Shown here piece after piece: positions 11,666 to 22,999 of a DNA stretch of 64,000 bases. Numbering within the stretch: position 1 is the first letter of the stretch; each line of letters begins with the position of its first letter. The notes under the pieces are model-generated. The model ran no database searches and had not been told where the DNA came from. It saw only the letters and a program-made list of their open reading frames with translations. Made by a program: the position numbers and the translations under genes. This DNA comes from Cetorhinus maximus (Eukaryota): the NCBI RefSeq assembly GCF_964194155.1, contig NC_135916.1, forward strand, positions 930,001 through 994,000. The letters run 5' to 3'.

Positions 11666-14600
11666 CAGACTAAAGGTCTGGGACTCTCAGAGACAGTGGG
11701 TTTGGTAGGAGAATAAATGCTTTAATATGGGTTTAAAGATTGTATCCATAAATGTGCGTAGCATTAAATCTACTACGCGATGTGTTGCGACCTTGGACTA
11801 CCTAGCCAAGGTCAAAGCTGACCTGTTGTTTCTGCAGGAGTGTGCGATACCGCACCTCAGCTCCTACAGGCAATGGTCACGATGGTGGTCCCACGGGCCA
11901 TCGATCTGGTCGGGCGGAAACGACTCTCGTTCCTCCGGCCTGGGTATTCTGCTGCGGGGAGGCAACTTCACCGTCTCCGAGGTCAAGGAGGTGGTGGGCG
12001 GGCGACTCCTGGTAGCAGACGTAATGTACAAGAACGCTCCACTCCGGTTAATTAACGTGTACGGCCCGGCACAAGGGGCTGAGCGGCTGGAGGTTTTTCA
12101 GCAGCTCCCACTGCTGCTGGCGACCTCCAGGCCGGTCATTCTGGGCGGGGACTTCAACTGCATCATCGATGCGGCTGGACGATCCGGCAGGGCCGGAAGC
12201 AGATTGGACGCTACGTCCAGATCCCTGATGGAAACAGTTAAGGATGCCAAGCTGCACGACGTCTTCAGCAACCCTGCAGACGGAGCGCAGCGTAGATACA
12301 CCTGGTCGCGGCCAGACGGGTCCATTCGTTCCAGGATAGACTTCCTGTTTGTGTCCCGTGCATTCACAGTCAGATCCACCGACGTCAAGCCGGTGTTCTT
12401 CTCTGACCACTGCCTCCTACTGGCGGACTGCCACTTGGAGGAAGACCTGAGGGTGGGCAGGGGGGCATGGAAGCTAAATGTGCAACTGCTGACCCCAGAG
12501 AACATTGAGGAGCTCAAGAGGGATTACAAAGGTTGGAGAACCGTGAAACCCCTCTTTGAGTCCCTGACACACTGGTGGGAAGTGATCAAGGGAAGCATCA
12601 AGAGGTTTTTCATCCTCAAAGGCACCCAGAAAGCTAGAAAGGAACAGAGGGAAATGTCCCGACTCCAGGAAAAGATGCAGAATCTGCTCCGGCTGCGGTC
12701 GATGGGGGTCGATGTCAAGGAGGAGCTCCAAGAGGTGAAGGGCCAGCAAGCCTCGCACTTTGCCTCGGAGGCCTCCAAGATCATCTTCCGTTCCAGAGTC
12801 CGCTCCGTGGAGCAGGATGAGACGTGCTCACGTTTCTTCTTCCAAAAGGTACACAGAGAGCGCTCTGTGATCAGCAGCCTGAAGGAAGAAGACGGCTCAG
12901 TAAAGTCATCACGGTCCGACATTCTGAGGATCAGCAAATCCTTTTATGCCGGACTGTATGACGTGAAGCCCACGGACAGCACGGCCTCCCAGTCCTTCCT
13001 GTCCTCTATCACGGAGGTCCTAGACCACAGTACGCGGGAGAGCCTAGACAAACCGCTAACCCCTGACGAACTGACTAAGGCCCTCGAGTCCTTCGAGAAG
13101 AGTAAAACCCCCGGAAGCGACGGCCTGCCGGCGGAGTTGTATTCGGCTCTGTGGGACTTGATCGGCCCAGACCTGCTAGAAGTGTACGAGAGTATGCTCC
13201 TGGCCGGCAGCATGTCAGAATCCATGAGGAAAGGCATCATCACCCTCATCTACAAGCACAAGGGGGAAAGGGAGGAAATTAGAAATTGGCGACCCATTTC
13301 ACTGTTGAATATGGACTATAAGATTCTGTCCAAGGTCATCGCCAACCGGGTCAAATCCGCTCTGGAATTGGTGATTCACCCTGACCAGACCTGCTCTGTG
13401 CCAGGCAGGAAGATCTCTGACAGCCTGGCGCTGCTCAGGGATACGATTGCCTATGTACAGGACAGGAGTGTGGATACCTGCCTCATCAGCTTGGATCAGG
13501 AGAAGGCCTTTGACAGAATATCGCACACCTACATGGGGGATGTGCTCTCCAAAATGGGGTTTGGGGAGGGAATTCGAAATTGGATCCAACTGCTCTACAC
13601 TAACATCAGTAGCGCAGTCTCAATCAATGGGTGGGAAACAGATAGCTTTCCGATTAAATCTGGAGTCAGGCAGGGCTGCCCTCTCTCGCCTGTCCTTTTT
13701 GTGTGCTGCATAGAACCCTTTGCCGAGTCCATCAGGAAGGATCCGGGCATAAGAGGAGTGACGATCCCAGGCAGTGGAGGCACTCAGGTAAAAGCCTCCC
13801 TGTACATGGACGACGTCGCCGTCTTCTGCTCGGATCCGCTGTCGGTGCGCAGACTGATGCACGTCTGCGACCAGTTCGAACTGGCCTCGGGAGCCAAGGT
13901 AAATCGTGGGAAGAGCGAGGCCATGTTCTTTGGGAAGTGGGCTGACCGATCCTTTGTCCCCTTCACTGTCAGGGCTGACGGCCTGAAGGTGCTGGGGATA
14001 TGGTTCGGAGGGACCGGGGCATGCGTTAGAAACTGGAAGGAGCGAGTGGCTATGGTGAAAAGGAAACTGGGCATGTGGGAGCGACGCTCCCTCTCCATTG
14101 CGGGTAAGAACCTGGTCATCAGGTGTGAGGTACTCTCGCTGTTGCTGTACGTGGCGCAGGTCTGGCCCATTCCACACTCCTGCGCGATGGCGATCACTCG
14201 AGCCATCTTCCGCTTTATCTGGAGGTCGAAAATGGATCGTGTCTGCAGGGACGCGATGTACAAGCCTCTAGATAAAGGGGGAAAAAACGTGCCCAACATC
14301 GCCCTCATACTGATGGCCACCTTTGTGTGCGGCTGCATCAAGCGGTGCGTAGACCCTCAGTACGCAAACACCAAGTGTCACTACGTGCTGAGGTTCTACC
14401 TGTCCCCGGTGTTGCGAAGGATGGGTCTGGCCACGCTGCCGCGGAACGCTCCAAGTAGTTGGACCGTGCCGTACCACCTGTCCCTGGTGGAAAAATTTAT
14501 GCAGAAAAACACCTTTGACCACAAGTCCATCAGGCAGTGGTCGGCACGTAACGTCCTAGAGGCCCTGAGGGATAAGGAGAGGGTGGACCCTGTGGGATGG

Positions 14601-15396
14601 TTCCCCGAGCAGACTGTCAAAGTCATTTGGCAGAATGCCTCATCGCCAGAACTTTCCAACAAGCACCAAGACGTAGCTTGGCTGGTGGTGAGAAAGGCCC
14701 TCGCCGTCAGATCCTTCCTACACGCCAGGAGTCTCACCCCCTCTGCACGATGCCCTCGAGGTGGCTGTGGTGGGGAAGAGACCGTTGTTCACCTCCTTGT
14801 GGATTGTGCCTTTGCAAAGAAAGTCTGGAGAGAGATGCAGTGGTTGCTGTCGAGGTTCATCCCGAGCAGTTCTGTGACACAGGACTCTGTGCTCTACGGG
14901 CTGTTCCCAGGGACACACACCGAGACAAACATCAACTGCAGCTGGAGGATCATCAACTCGGTGAAAGACGCGCTTTGGTCTGCCCGAAACTTGTTGGTCT
15001 TCCAGCACAAAGAGTTGTCCCCGACCGATTGTTGCGGACTGGCACAATCCAAAGTCCAGGACTACGTGCTGAGGGACGCACTAAAGCTTGGGGCAGCTGC
15101 CGCAAAGGCGCAATGGGGAAGGGTCGCTGTCTAAGACCTTTCTACCACAGCGCACCGAGAGACTGGGAACTGTTTAGAGCCCCTCGGGCTGTACAGATCA
15201 AAATGAAAGGCTGTAAATGACTGTAATATTGTTTGTACTGATGCACCTGGTGATACATTTTGTAAAAGTTTAACCTGGATTGTACCCTTGTAATGTTGTT
15301 TTTGAAATGGTTTTGAATGTGATTGAAGATTTTTATGAATAAAGTATATTTTTACAAAAAAAAAAAAAACAAAAAAAAAAAAAAAAAAAAAAAAAA
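11666..15396 (+). mobile_element. Tx1-clade (L1 group) non-LTR retrotransposon, 5'-truncated with ORF1 lost
   Basis: Intact ORF2, ~220-nt 3' UTR, AATAAA at ~15338 and a ~40-nt poly(A) at 15356-15396. Confidence 0.93.
11727..15134 (+). CDS. Tx1-type ORF2p: APE endonuclease + reverse transcriptase + C-terminal zinc knuckle (1135 aa)
   Basis: Endonuclease motifs SINVR, LQE, GDFN, SRIDF, SDH; RT motifs PGSDG, WRPISLLN, LDQEKAFD, GVRQGCPLSP, YMDD; CPRGGC...H....C; no stops. Confidence 0.95.
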   Translation: MGLKIVSINVRSIKSTTRCVATLDYLAKVKADLLFLQECAIPHLSSYRQWSRWWSHGPSIWSGGNDSRSSGLGILLRGGNFTVSEVKEVVGGRLLVADVMYKNAPLRLINVYGPAQGAERLEVFQQLPLLLATSRPVILGGDFNCIIDAAGRSGRAGSRLDATSRSLMETVKDAKLHDVFSNPADGAQRRYTWSRPDGSIRSRIDFLFVSRAFTVRSTDVKPVFFSDHCLLLADCHLEEDLRVGRGAWKLNVQLLTPENIEELKRDYKGWRTVKPLFESLTHWWEVIKGSIKRFFILKGTQKARKEQREMSRLQEKMQNLLRLRSMGVDVKEELQEVKGQQASHFASEASKIIFRSRVRSVEQDETCSRFFFQKVHRERSVISSLKEEDGSVKSSRSDILRISKSFYAGLYDVKPTDSTASQSFLSSITEVLDHSTRESLDKPLTPDELTKALESFEKSKTPGSDGLPAELYSALWDLIGPDLLEVYESMLLAGSMSESMRKGIITLIYKHKGEREEIRNWRPISLLNMDYKILSKVIANRVKSALELVIHPDQTCSVPGRKISDSLALLRDTIAYVQDRSVDTCLISLDQEKAFDRISHTYMGDVLSKMGFGEGIRNWIQLLYTNISSAVSINGWETDSFPIKSGVRQGCPLSPVLFVCCIEPFAESIRKDPGIRGVTIPGSGGTQVKASLYMDDVAVFCSDPLSVRRLMHVCDQFELASGAKVNRGKSEAMFFGKWADRSFVPFTVRADGLKVLGIWFGGTGACVRNWKERVAMVKRKLGMWERRSLSIAGKNLVIRCEVLSLLLYVAQVWPIPHSCAMAITRAIFRFIWRSKMDRVCRDAMYKPLDKGGKNVPNIALILMATFVCGCIKRCVDPQYANTKCHYVLRFYLSPVLRRMGLATLPRNAPSSWTVPYHLSLVEKFMQKNTFDHKSIRQWSARNVLEALRDKERVDPVGWFPEQTVKVIWQNASSPELSNKHQDVAWLVVRKALAVRSFLHARSLTPSARCPRGGCGGEETVVHLLVDCAFAKKVWREMQWLLSRFIPSSSVTQDSVLYGLFPGTHTETNINCSWRIINSVKDALWSARNLLVFQHKELSPTDCCGLAQSKVQDYVLRDALKLGAAAAKAQWGRVAV

Positions 15397-15504
15397 TCTC
15401 ATTGTAACAAAGGATGCCGAAATCCGCCCACCTTCCGCTCTCTTTTACCTGCGGGAGGAATGGTGATTCGGGTGTCAAACCATCAGGTTTCAAACGACTC
15501 CTCC

Positions 15505-16267
15505 ACGCCACCCCCACACCCCCACCACTCCCACCCCCCCACCCCCCCCACCACTCCCCCACCCCTACCCCACCACCACTCCCCCCACCACTCCCCCCCC
15601 ACCACCACTCCCCCCACCACCCCCACCCCCCCCGCCCACTCCCCCCACCACCCCCACCCCCCCCGCCCACTCCCCCCACTCCCCACCCCCCCGCCCCCCC
15701 CGTCCACTCCCCCCAACCCCCCCACCCCCACCCCACCCCCCCCCCACCCCCACTCCCCCCACCCCACCCCCACTCCCCCCACCCCCCCCCACCCCCACTC
15801 CCCCCACCCCCCCCACTCCCCCCCACCCCACCCCCACTCCCCCCCCACTCCCCCCCCCACCCCCACTCCCCCCACTCCCCCCACCCCCCCCAACCCCCCT
15901 CCCCCCACCCCACCCACCCTCCCTCCCCCCCACCCCACCCACCCTCCCTCCCCCCACCCCCCCACCCTCCCTCCCCCCCACCCTCCCTCCCCCCACCCCC
16001 CCACCCCCCCTCNNNNNNNNNNNNNNNNNNNNNNNNNNNNNNNNNNNNNNNNNNNNNNNNNNNNNNNNNNNNNNNNNNNNNNNNNNNNNNNNNNNNNNNN
16101 NNNNNNNNNNNNNNNNNNNNNNNNNNNNNNNNNNNNNNNNNNNNNNNNNNNNNNNNNNNNNNNNNNNACCCCACCCCCACTCCCCCCACCCCACCCCCAC
16201 TCCCCCCACCCCACCCCCACTCCCCCCACCCCACCCCCACTCCCCCCACCCCACCCCCACTCCCCCC
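15505..16267. repeat. C-rich tandem/low-complexity tract with an assembly gap (N 16013-16167)
   Basis: Runs of CCCCA/CCCCACT; 20-bp period CCACCCCCACTCCCCCCACC after the gap; G-run-rich minus strand. Confidence 0.92.
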
Positions 16268-16929
16268 TTCGCCATTACAATCCGTCTCTAACCGGACTCG
16301 CTTCTATCCGTTTGAAAATTGTGGGCAGAAAGTTATCTTTTGTTTCCACTCCCACCACTCTATAAGCGGACACACGTCAGTTCAAGCATTGTAAAACAAC
16401 AAGCAGATTGTTGACTGATCCCAGTGCTCTGAACGACAGAGGAGTGTGTGCGTCTGAGTGTCTCTTGAAACTCGTTTCTTTTTTTAAACATACATTTCAG
16501 TATGTTGCAAGGAAGTGTGAATTTCATTGTGTTGTTTAATTTCCGGGTTATGGTGCTTTCATTGTATCTGTCCTTTCCGGTAATTGAAATGTTGTCTTCC
16601 GTCTGTTTATTTGATGTTTAGCGAGTTTTTAAACACAATAATTTCGATTTCTGATATGCGAACCAGTCTCACCATCTCTCGTACCCTCTCTCTCTCTCTC
16701 TCTATACGTGCGAATTGTTGTTATGTGGTGCCAGGTTTCATGCTGTAGCTGCCAGCCTGAATGTCAATGTAAATTTCAATTTGGCAATGATAGAAAGCCA
16801 CGTGTTTACTGAGGCCTTTTCTTATCATTCAACTGCTTAAAGCGGAGGAGACCCGAGACAGAAAAAAAAATAGTTGAACTCACTGCGGCAAAAAAGATAT
16901 TCGAATATTAAAGAGTAGGTCGAGAGAAT

Positions 16930-17212
16930 GGTGGACCAACACACGTTACCAGAATCAAATTATAAATGGCAGGAGTAAATACGATGCGAGAACTTCTTTC
17001 ACCCAGAGGGTGGTTGGAGTCTGGAGAAAACTTCAAGGGTGGAAGCAGGTTCGATGGAGTTATTAAAAATTGGGAACTGAATTAGTACCCGAAGAGAATA
17101 TGTGCGAGGTCACGGGGGATAAGGCCAGGAGTGGTGGAGCTAGGTAGAATGTTCTTTCAGAGATCCAGTACAGGTTCGACGGGCCGAACGGCTTCCTTCT
17201 GCACTGTAAAGA
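16930..17212 (+). mobile_element. CR1 LINE 3' fragment
   Basis: TTCACCCAGAGGGTGG and GGGCCGAACGGCTTCCTTCTGCACTGTAA tail. Confidence 0.75.
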
Positions 17213-17521
17213 TTTGAGACTGTGAAGCCACAAACTCACATCAGGCACTGGCGAATCTCCTTTGGGTATAAAGCCTCTGTCCTAATTAAACGTCACAAGG
17301 GCCAGATAACAACGTGTTCGAAGAAATGGGTTTTAACACATCGATTCTGTAGGTACTAGCGAACATGAGTGGTATAATTTTACAAAACCTCACGAAAAGA
17401 CAACGATAAGCAAGTGCATTACCTTCAACCCGAAAGACTGAACACAATCCCCTTAAATGCAGAATGAGTGTAAGTAACGCCTCTCAGCAAGTAACCAGCC
17501 CTTTACACTGATCAAGTGAGT

Positions 17522-17537
17522 GGCTCTGAAAAGAGCC
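17522..17537 (-). terminator. Histone stem-loop of H2A
   Basis: Canonical GGCTCTTTTCAGAGCC preceded by CCCAAA. Confidence 0.95.
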
Positions 17538-17567
17538 TTTGGGTTCTTAGTTTAAAGAATGGTCGCT

Positions 17568-18071
<504 letters not shown>

Positions 18072-18309
18072 TCACCAATCCGGAGACGCCACGGTGTCCA
18101 AAAAGGGAAGGAGGGCGGATAACGAGCGGCCTCCTGTTTCAAAGTTTAAAGACCGCCCATATTTTCGAAACAATTTTCCTATACAACGTCGCCTTAATAA
18201 ATAGTTTATCTGGAGTTTCAAAACATTTCAAAAGTTATGACCGGTTCCACATCTGATCACGCATTTGTGATTTGCTGTTACTAACTGGTCTCTCCTCGGA
18301 TTTATTCAT

Positions 18310-18925
18310 CGTCACAGAGTTTCACAGCACAGTAACAGGCCCTTCGGCCCATCGTGTCCGTGCCGGCCATCAAGCACCTATCCCATTTTCCAAGCACTTG
18401 GCCCGCAGCCCTGTATGTTATGGCGTTTCAAGTGCTCATCTGAATACCTCTTAAATGCCGTGAGGGTTCCTATATATGCTTCTATAGATATAGCTCTTGG
18501 GGCGAAAGGGATCAAAAGGGTATGGGGAGAAAGCTGGAGCAGGTTATTGAGTTGGATGATCAGCCATGATCCTAATGAATGGCGGAGCAGGCTGGAAGGG
18601 CTGAATGGTCCACTCCTGCTCCTAGTGCCTATGTTTCTACCTCTACCACCCCCTCAGACAGTGCGTTTCAGATTCTAAACCCCCTCTGGATAAAAAAAAA
18701 ATCCTCAAACCCCCTCTAAACCTTCTGCCCCTTTACCTTGAATATATTCCCCCTGCTTATTGGCACCTCCGCTAAGGAAAAAAGTTTCTTCCTCTCTATG
18801 CCCCTCACTATTTTATTGTATACCTCTATCACGTCCCCCCTAAGCCTTCCCTGCTCTAACGAAAACAACCCTAGTCTATCCAGTCTCTCTTCCTAGCTGA
18901 AATGCTCCAACACAGACAACATCCT
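18310..18925 (-). mobile_element. CR1 3' fragment with a nested opposite-strand CR1 tail (~18484-18636)
   Basis: ACAGGCCCTTCGGCCCATC tail in reverse; the internal + strand tail TAGATATAGCTCTTGGGGCG...CTATGTTTC interrupts it. Confidence 0.8.
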
Positions 18926-19059
18926 TATGTGCAATTGCGTTTCAAGCGTTCATCTAAATACTTCTTACTTCACAATGCTTCCTTTCATCCTTTTTGTAAC
19001 TTGCGGTCAAAAAGCTCTTTTTACATACGAAAAGTGGTCTCGTGTCAGTTCAAAATGGT

Positions 19060-19722
19060 AACAAGAAGAACTATGAGGTTGGAAAGTGTGGAAAGAAGAT
19101 CTCCAGAGGAAATGAGGTCAGTAACAGTCCTGGAATAATTGGCTTGATGTTCAGTGGTGGGGTCATGGTCCAGGGGAAGGTAGGAGGAAGTGTCTGCGAG
19201 TTGACGCTCAGCCTCCGCGAGGTAGAGGTCAGCGCGCCAGACAACAACAGCACCACCCTTGTCAGAAGGTTTGATGACAATGTCAGGGTTGGACCTGAGA
19301 GAACGGAGTGCAGTAAGTTCAGAGAGAGACAGGTTAGAATGGGTGAGAGGAGCAGAGAAATCGAGACGACTGATGTCACGCCGAGAGTTCTCAATGAAAA
19401 GATCAAGAGAAGGGAAGAATCCAGAGGGAGGGGTCCAGGTGGAGGGAGAATATTGGAGGTGGGCAAAAGGATCCGTTGAACAGGGAGAGGACTCCTGCCC
19501 AAAGAAGTGAGCACGGAGACGAAGACGGCCGAAGAAGAGTTCAGCATCGTGCCGAGCCCGAAATTCATTGAGATGAGGGCGCAAGGGTATAAAACTGAGT
19601 ACTTTGCTAAGCACTGAACGTTCAGCATCAGAGAGAGGAAGGTCAGAGAGTATGGTGAATACATGATCAGGGCTGGGATTGGAAAACGGGATGGGGACAG
19701 AGGGACAGGCAGGGGTGGAAGG
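19060..19722 (-). mobile_element. Penelope-like element fragment (N-terminal/RT start)
   Basis: LSDAERSVLSK.LSF.P, RLRLRAHFF, IVIKPSDKGGAVVV; homologous to 52150-52450. Confidence 0.9.
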
Positions 19723-20694
19723 TTTTTTTTTGGAAAAATATACTTTATTCATAAAATATCTTCAATCACATTCCAAAAACACCATTTCAAGGGTACAATC
19801 CGGTTCAACTTTTACAAATTGTATCACCAGGTGCATCAGTACAAACAATATTACAATCATTTACAGCCTTTCATTTTGAGCTGTACAGCCTGCGGGGGTT
19901 TAAACAGTTCCCAGCCCCTCGGTGCACTGTGGCAGAAAGGTCTTAGACAGCGACCCTTCCCCATTGCGCCTTTGCGGCAGCTGCCCCAAGCTTTAGTGTG
20001 TCCCTCAGCACGTAGTCCTGGACTTTGGAATGTGCCAGTCCGCAACACTCGGTTAGGGACAACTCTTTTTGCTGGAAGACCAACAAGTTTCGGGCAGACC
20101 AAAGCACGTCTTTCACCGAGTTGATGATCCTCCAGCTGCAGTTGATGTTTGTCTCGGTGTGTGTCCCTGGGAACAGCCAGTAGAGCACAGAGTCCTGTGT
20201 CACAGAACTGCTCGGGATGAACCTCGACAGCAACCACTGCATCTCTCTCCAGACCTTCTTCGCAAAGGCACAATCCACAAGGAGGTGAACAACGGTCCCT
20301 TCCCCACCACAGCCACCTCGAGGGCAACGTGCAGAGGGGGTGAGACTCCTGGCGTGTAGGATTTAATTTGAATCGTTCCTGAGCAAACGTAAGCCTCAAA
20401 TCCAGCAATCAATCAGACAATGGAATAATCCAAATAAGATGGGCATCATGTGGCCTGACTGATGGAGATTAATTAGGAAGGAATGGGCTCAGCTGTAAAC
20501 TAGCAGCTGACATGCTTTCAACTTTCCAAGTAACTCAACTCTTTCAAGTTATCAACAGTCACAGATTGCAACTCTTTCGAGTACAATCACAGTTCTTGGT
20601 TTCCGGGAGTGGGACATGAACCCACAACCCTCTGGTTCAAAGGCGAGGGTGCTATGAACTGAGCCACAGCTGACTCCTGGCGTGTAGGAAGGTC
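19723..20694 (-). mobile_element. Tx1 3' fragment, same family as 11666-15396, carrying a nested insertion
   Basis: DCAFAKKVWREMQW...KAQWGRVAV, 3' UTR and poly(A); highly similar to 14712-15360. Confidence 0.93.
20362..20671 (-). mobile_element. tRNA-headed short element, copy 3 (core 20536-20671 plus ~175-nt 3' extension)
   Basis: 18-bp TSD GACTCCTGGCGTGTAGGA at 20344-20361 and 20672-20689; the site is single-copy in the intact Tx1. Confidence 0.85.
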
Positions 20695-20749
20695 CTTGAT
20701 AGGCGTTGGTATCGATGAGTTGTTGGAGCGTCGGAAGCGACGGAAATCG

Positions 20750-20880
20750 CTTTTTATAGGCAACTGCGCATCCCTATGCTAATGAAGGATGCGCGAAGGG
20801 AATGTTTGTGATTGGTTAACTTAGAATGATGTCAGTTTCAACGTTCTATGTTTCTGATTGGTTGCTTTAGGTAGCCAATA
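20750..20880 (-). promoter_or_regulatory. Orphan H2B-type promoter
   Basis: TATAAAAA at 20751-20758, CTATGCTAATGAAGGAT at the same 17-nt spacing as both H2B genes, two ATTGG boxes; no H2B CDS follows. Confidence 0.82.
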
Positions 20881-21351
20881 ATATTCAGCTCTACTCACAG
20901 CCACAAGCGGCCGCAGCATTCTGGTCTCCCAGTCCCCTTGCCTGTTCCCCTTCACCATTTTCGGGTCCCTGCTTAATCCACCATGGCACAGGCGGCGCTA
21001 AATAATAGCGCCACATTCCAAAGGAATTGTCGGATTTCAAAAGCCCGTCAAAATATTTTTGAAACATGCAAGGGCTTTAATACACAATATCAGGTAAACC
21101 TGTATATCATCTTCCCACGGCAAAGGCTCCGAATATCTCCTGCAGTAAAACGATTTCACATTTCGTCACAAACCCCGGCTTCCCTTTCTAACCCCGATTC
21201 CTATTTGCGTTTATTCTCCGTCCCTTTGAAATCGCCTGTGCTTGCAAGGCCCAATGGACAATATAATCCCTGAGCGGATACACATCTGATCAACCTTTGT
21301 GAATAGGTCATATGGCAGGAGTAATAATTGGTTAACCTTCATGGATGTCGA

Positions 21352-21475
21352 GGGTAGAGGTGTCAGCTGTGGCTCAGTTCATAGAGGGTTGTGGGTTCAT
21401 GTCCCACTCCTGGACAAGAACTGTGATTGTACTCGAAAGAGTTGCAATCTGTGACTGTTGATAACTCGAAAGAGT
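21352..21475 (+). mobile_element. tRNA-headed short element, copy 4 (internal deletion in the head)
   Basis: 14-bp TSD TTCATGGATGTCGA at 21338-21351 and 21476-21489. Confidence 0.85.
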
Positions 21476-21619
21476 TTCATGGATGTCGACCTGGAGCGCA
21501 CAGACTTGTGACGAAAAGTGAGAGTGAAGTCTTGCACCAAGAGTGGCAGATAATTGAATGTTTCATTCAGTAACAATTAAAGGCGATGTATCTTCAAGAA
21601 AAAATGTGATTTTATTTTT

Positions 21620-21742
21620 GATATTACGGGGCATGGAGAGAAAGCGGGAATATGGTGTTGAGATAGAGGATCAGCCATGATCATATCAATAACGGAGCAG
21701 CTCGAAGGGCCGAACGGCCTTCATCTGTTCCTAGTTCCTATG
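21620..21742 (+). mobile_element. CR1 3' tail
   Basis: GAGGATCAGCCATGATC...GAAGGGCCGAACGGCCT. Confidence 0.75.
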
Positions 21743-22003
21743 GAAGGCTGCGTCATTTTGCATTTTATCAGGTCTTTATTCAAATACAGGAAACTTGCAT
21801 TAAAAATTAACACAAGTAAGGAAATTAACTCATTAGACTTAAAGGCCAAACACTGAAACACCATTTGACAGCACGTTAGTGTAATAGAAGCGAGAAAGTG
21901 CGTGTGAGCGGGGTCACGAGAGAGAGAAGAACATGAACATTTTAAACAAGGTGCCAAGTCTATTCTAACAGACGTTGTAGCTCTTGTCACAGAGGCTGTG
22001 GGT

Positions 22004-22019
22004 GGCTCTTAGAAGAGCC
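22004..22019 (-). terminator. Histone stem-loop of H2B copy 2
   Basis: GGCTCT-TCTA-AGAGCC-ACCCA; AAGAGCT HDE downstream. Confidence 0.93.
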
Positions 22020-22059
22020 GTTGTGTTTTGGGTTGAATTTGTTTGCTCAGTTACGATTT

Positions 22060-22437
22060 TCACTTGGAGCTGGTGTACTTGGTCACCGCCTTGGTGCCCT
22101 CCGACACGGCGTGTTTGGCCAGTTCCCCTGGCAGCAGCAGGCGGACGGCGGTCTGGATCTCCCGGGAGCTGATGGTCTGCCGCTTGTTGTAATGGGCCAG
22201 GCGGGAAGCCTCGCCCGCGATGCGCTCGAAGATGTCGTTGACGAACGAGTTCATGATGCTCATGGCCCGGGAGGAGATGCCGGTGTCCGGGTGGACCTGC
22301 TTCATCACCTTGTAGATGTAGATGGAGTAACTCTCCTTCCTGGCCTTCTTCCTCTTCTTGCCGCTCTTGGGTGGCGTCTTCTTGACGACTTTCTTGGCGC
22401 CCTTCTTGGGAGCTCCTGCCTTTTTATCGTCAACCAT
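22060..22437 (-). CDS. H2B: Histone H2B (125 aa, second variant)
   Basis: [16 protein letters not shown]...[20 protein letters not shown]...TKYTSSK; ATG at 22437. Confidence 0.98.
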   Translation of the reverse strand: MVDDKKAGAPKKGAKKVVKKTPPKSGKKRKKARKESYSIYIYKVMKQVHPDTGISSRAMSIMNSFVNDIFERIAGEASRLAHYNKRQTISSREIQTAVRLLLPGELAKHAVSEGTKAVTKYTSSK

Positions 22438-22487
22438 GCTCAAGTTCAACTTCGGAAACAGAATAAATGAAATGCGCTCGCACAGCC

Positions 22488-22595
22488 CTTTTTATAGGCA
22501 ACGCCTGAGGTCTATGCTAATGAAGGATGGGTGAAGGGAACGTTGCTGATTGGCTATTGTACGGTGATGTCAATTTCAGTCGTCCTGATTGGTTA
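22488..22595 (-). promoter_or_regulatory. H2B promoter: TATA, octamer variant, two CCAAT
   Basis: TATAAAAA at 22489-22496, ATGCTAAT at 22514-22521, CTGATTGG twice. Confidence 0.85.
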
Positions 22596-22669
22596 GCGCC
22601 GCGCTCCTTTCACATCCAGTGCTTGCCACAGACACGCACTTGGCAACGCCAATCACGTCCTTCACCTTT

Positions 22670-22805
22670 AGCTCTGGCTCAGTCCATAGCACCCTCGCCT
22701 TTGAATCAGAAGGTTACGGGTTCATGTCCCACTCCCGGAAAAACCAAGAACTGTGATTGTACTCGAAAGAGTTGCAATCTGTGACTGTTGATAACTCGAA
22801 AGAGT
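22670..22805 (+). mobile_element. tRNA-headed short element, copy 5
   Basis: 9-bp repeat TTTAGCTCT at 22667-22675 (overlapping the 5' end) and 22806-22814. Confidence 0.82.
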
Positions 22806-22999
22806 TTTAGCTCTTCAGGCAACAAACCGATCAAATTTTCATCTTGCCTCATTTCTGAGGAAGGCTCGTCGATCTGAAACGATAACTATTGTCATTTTTA
22901 AAAAAAAATCATTCATGGGATGTGGGCGTCATGCAGCATTTATTGCCCCTGTTCAGAGGGCATTTAATTGTCAACCGCACTGATGATGTGGTTTTTTTC

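Noticed and set aside
15131-16394. Pro-rich/Gly-rich ORFs (also 28666-29987, 35967-37484, 47294-47714)
   Set aside because: Open only because low-complexity repeats and N gaps lack stop codons.
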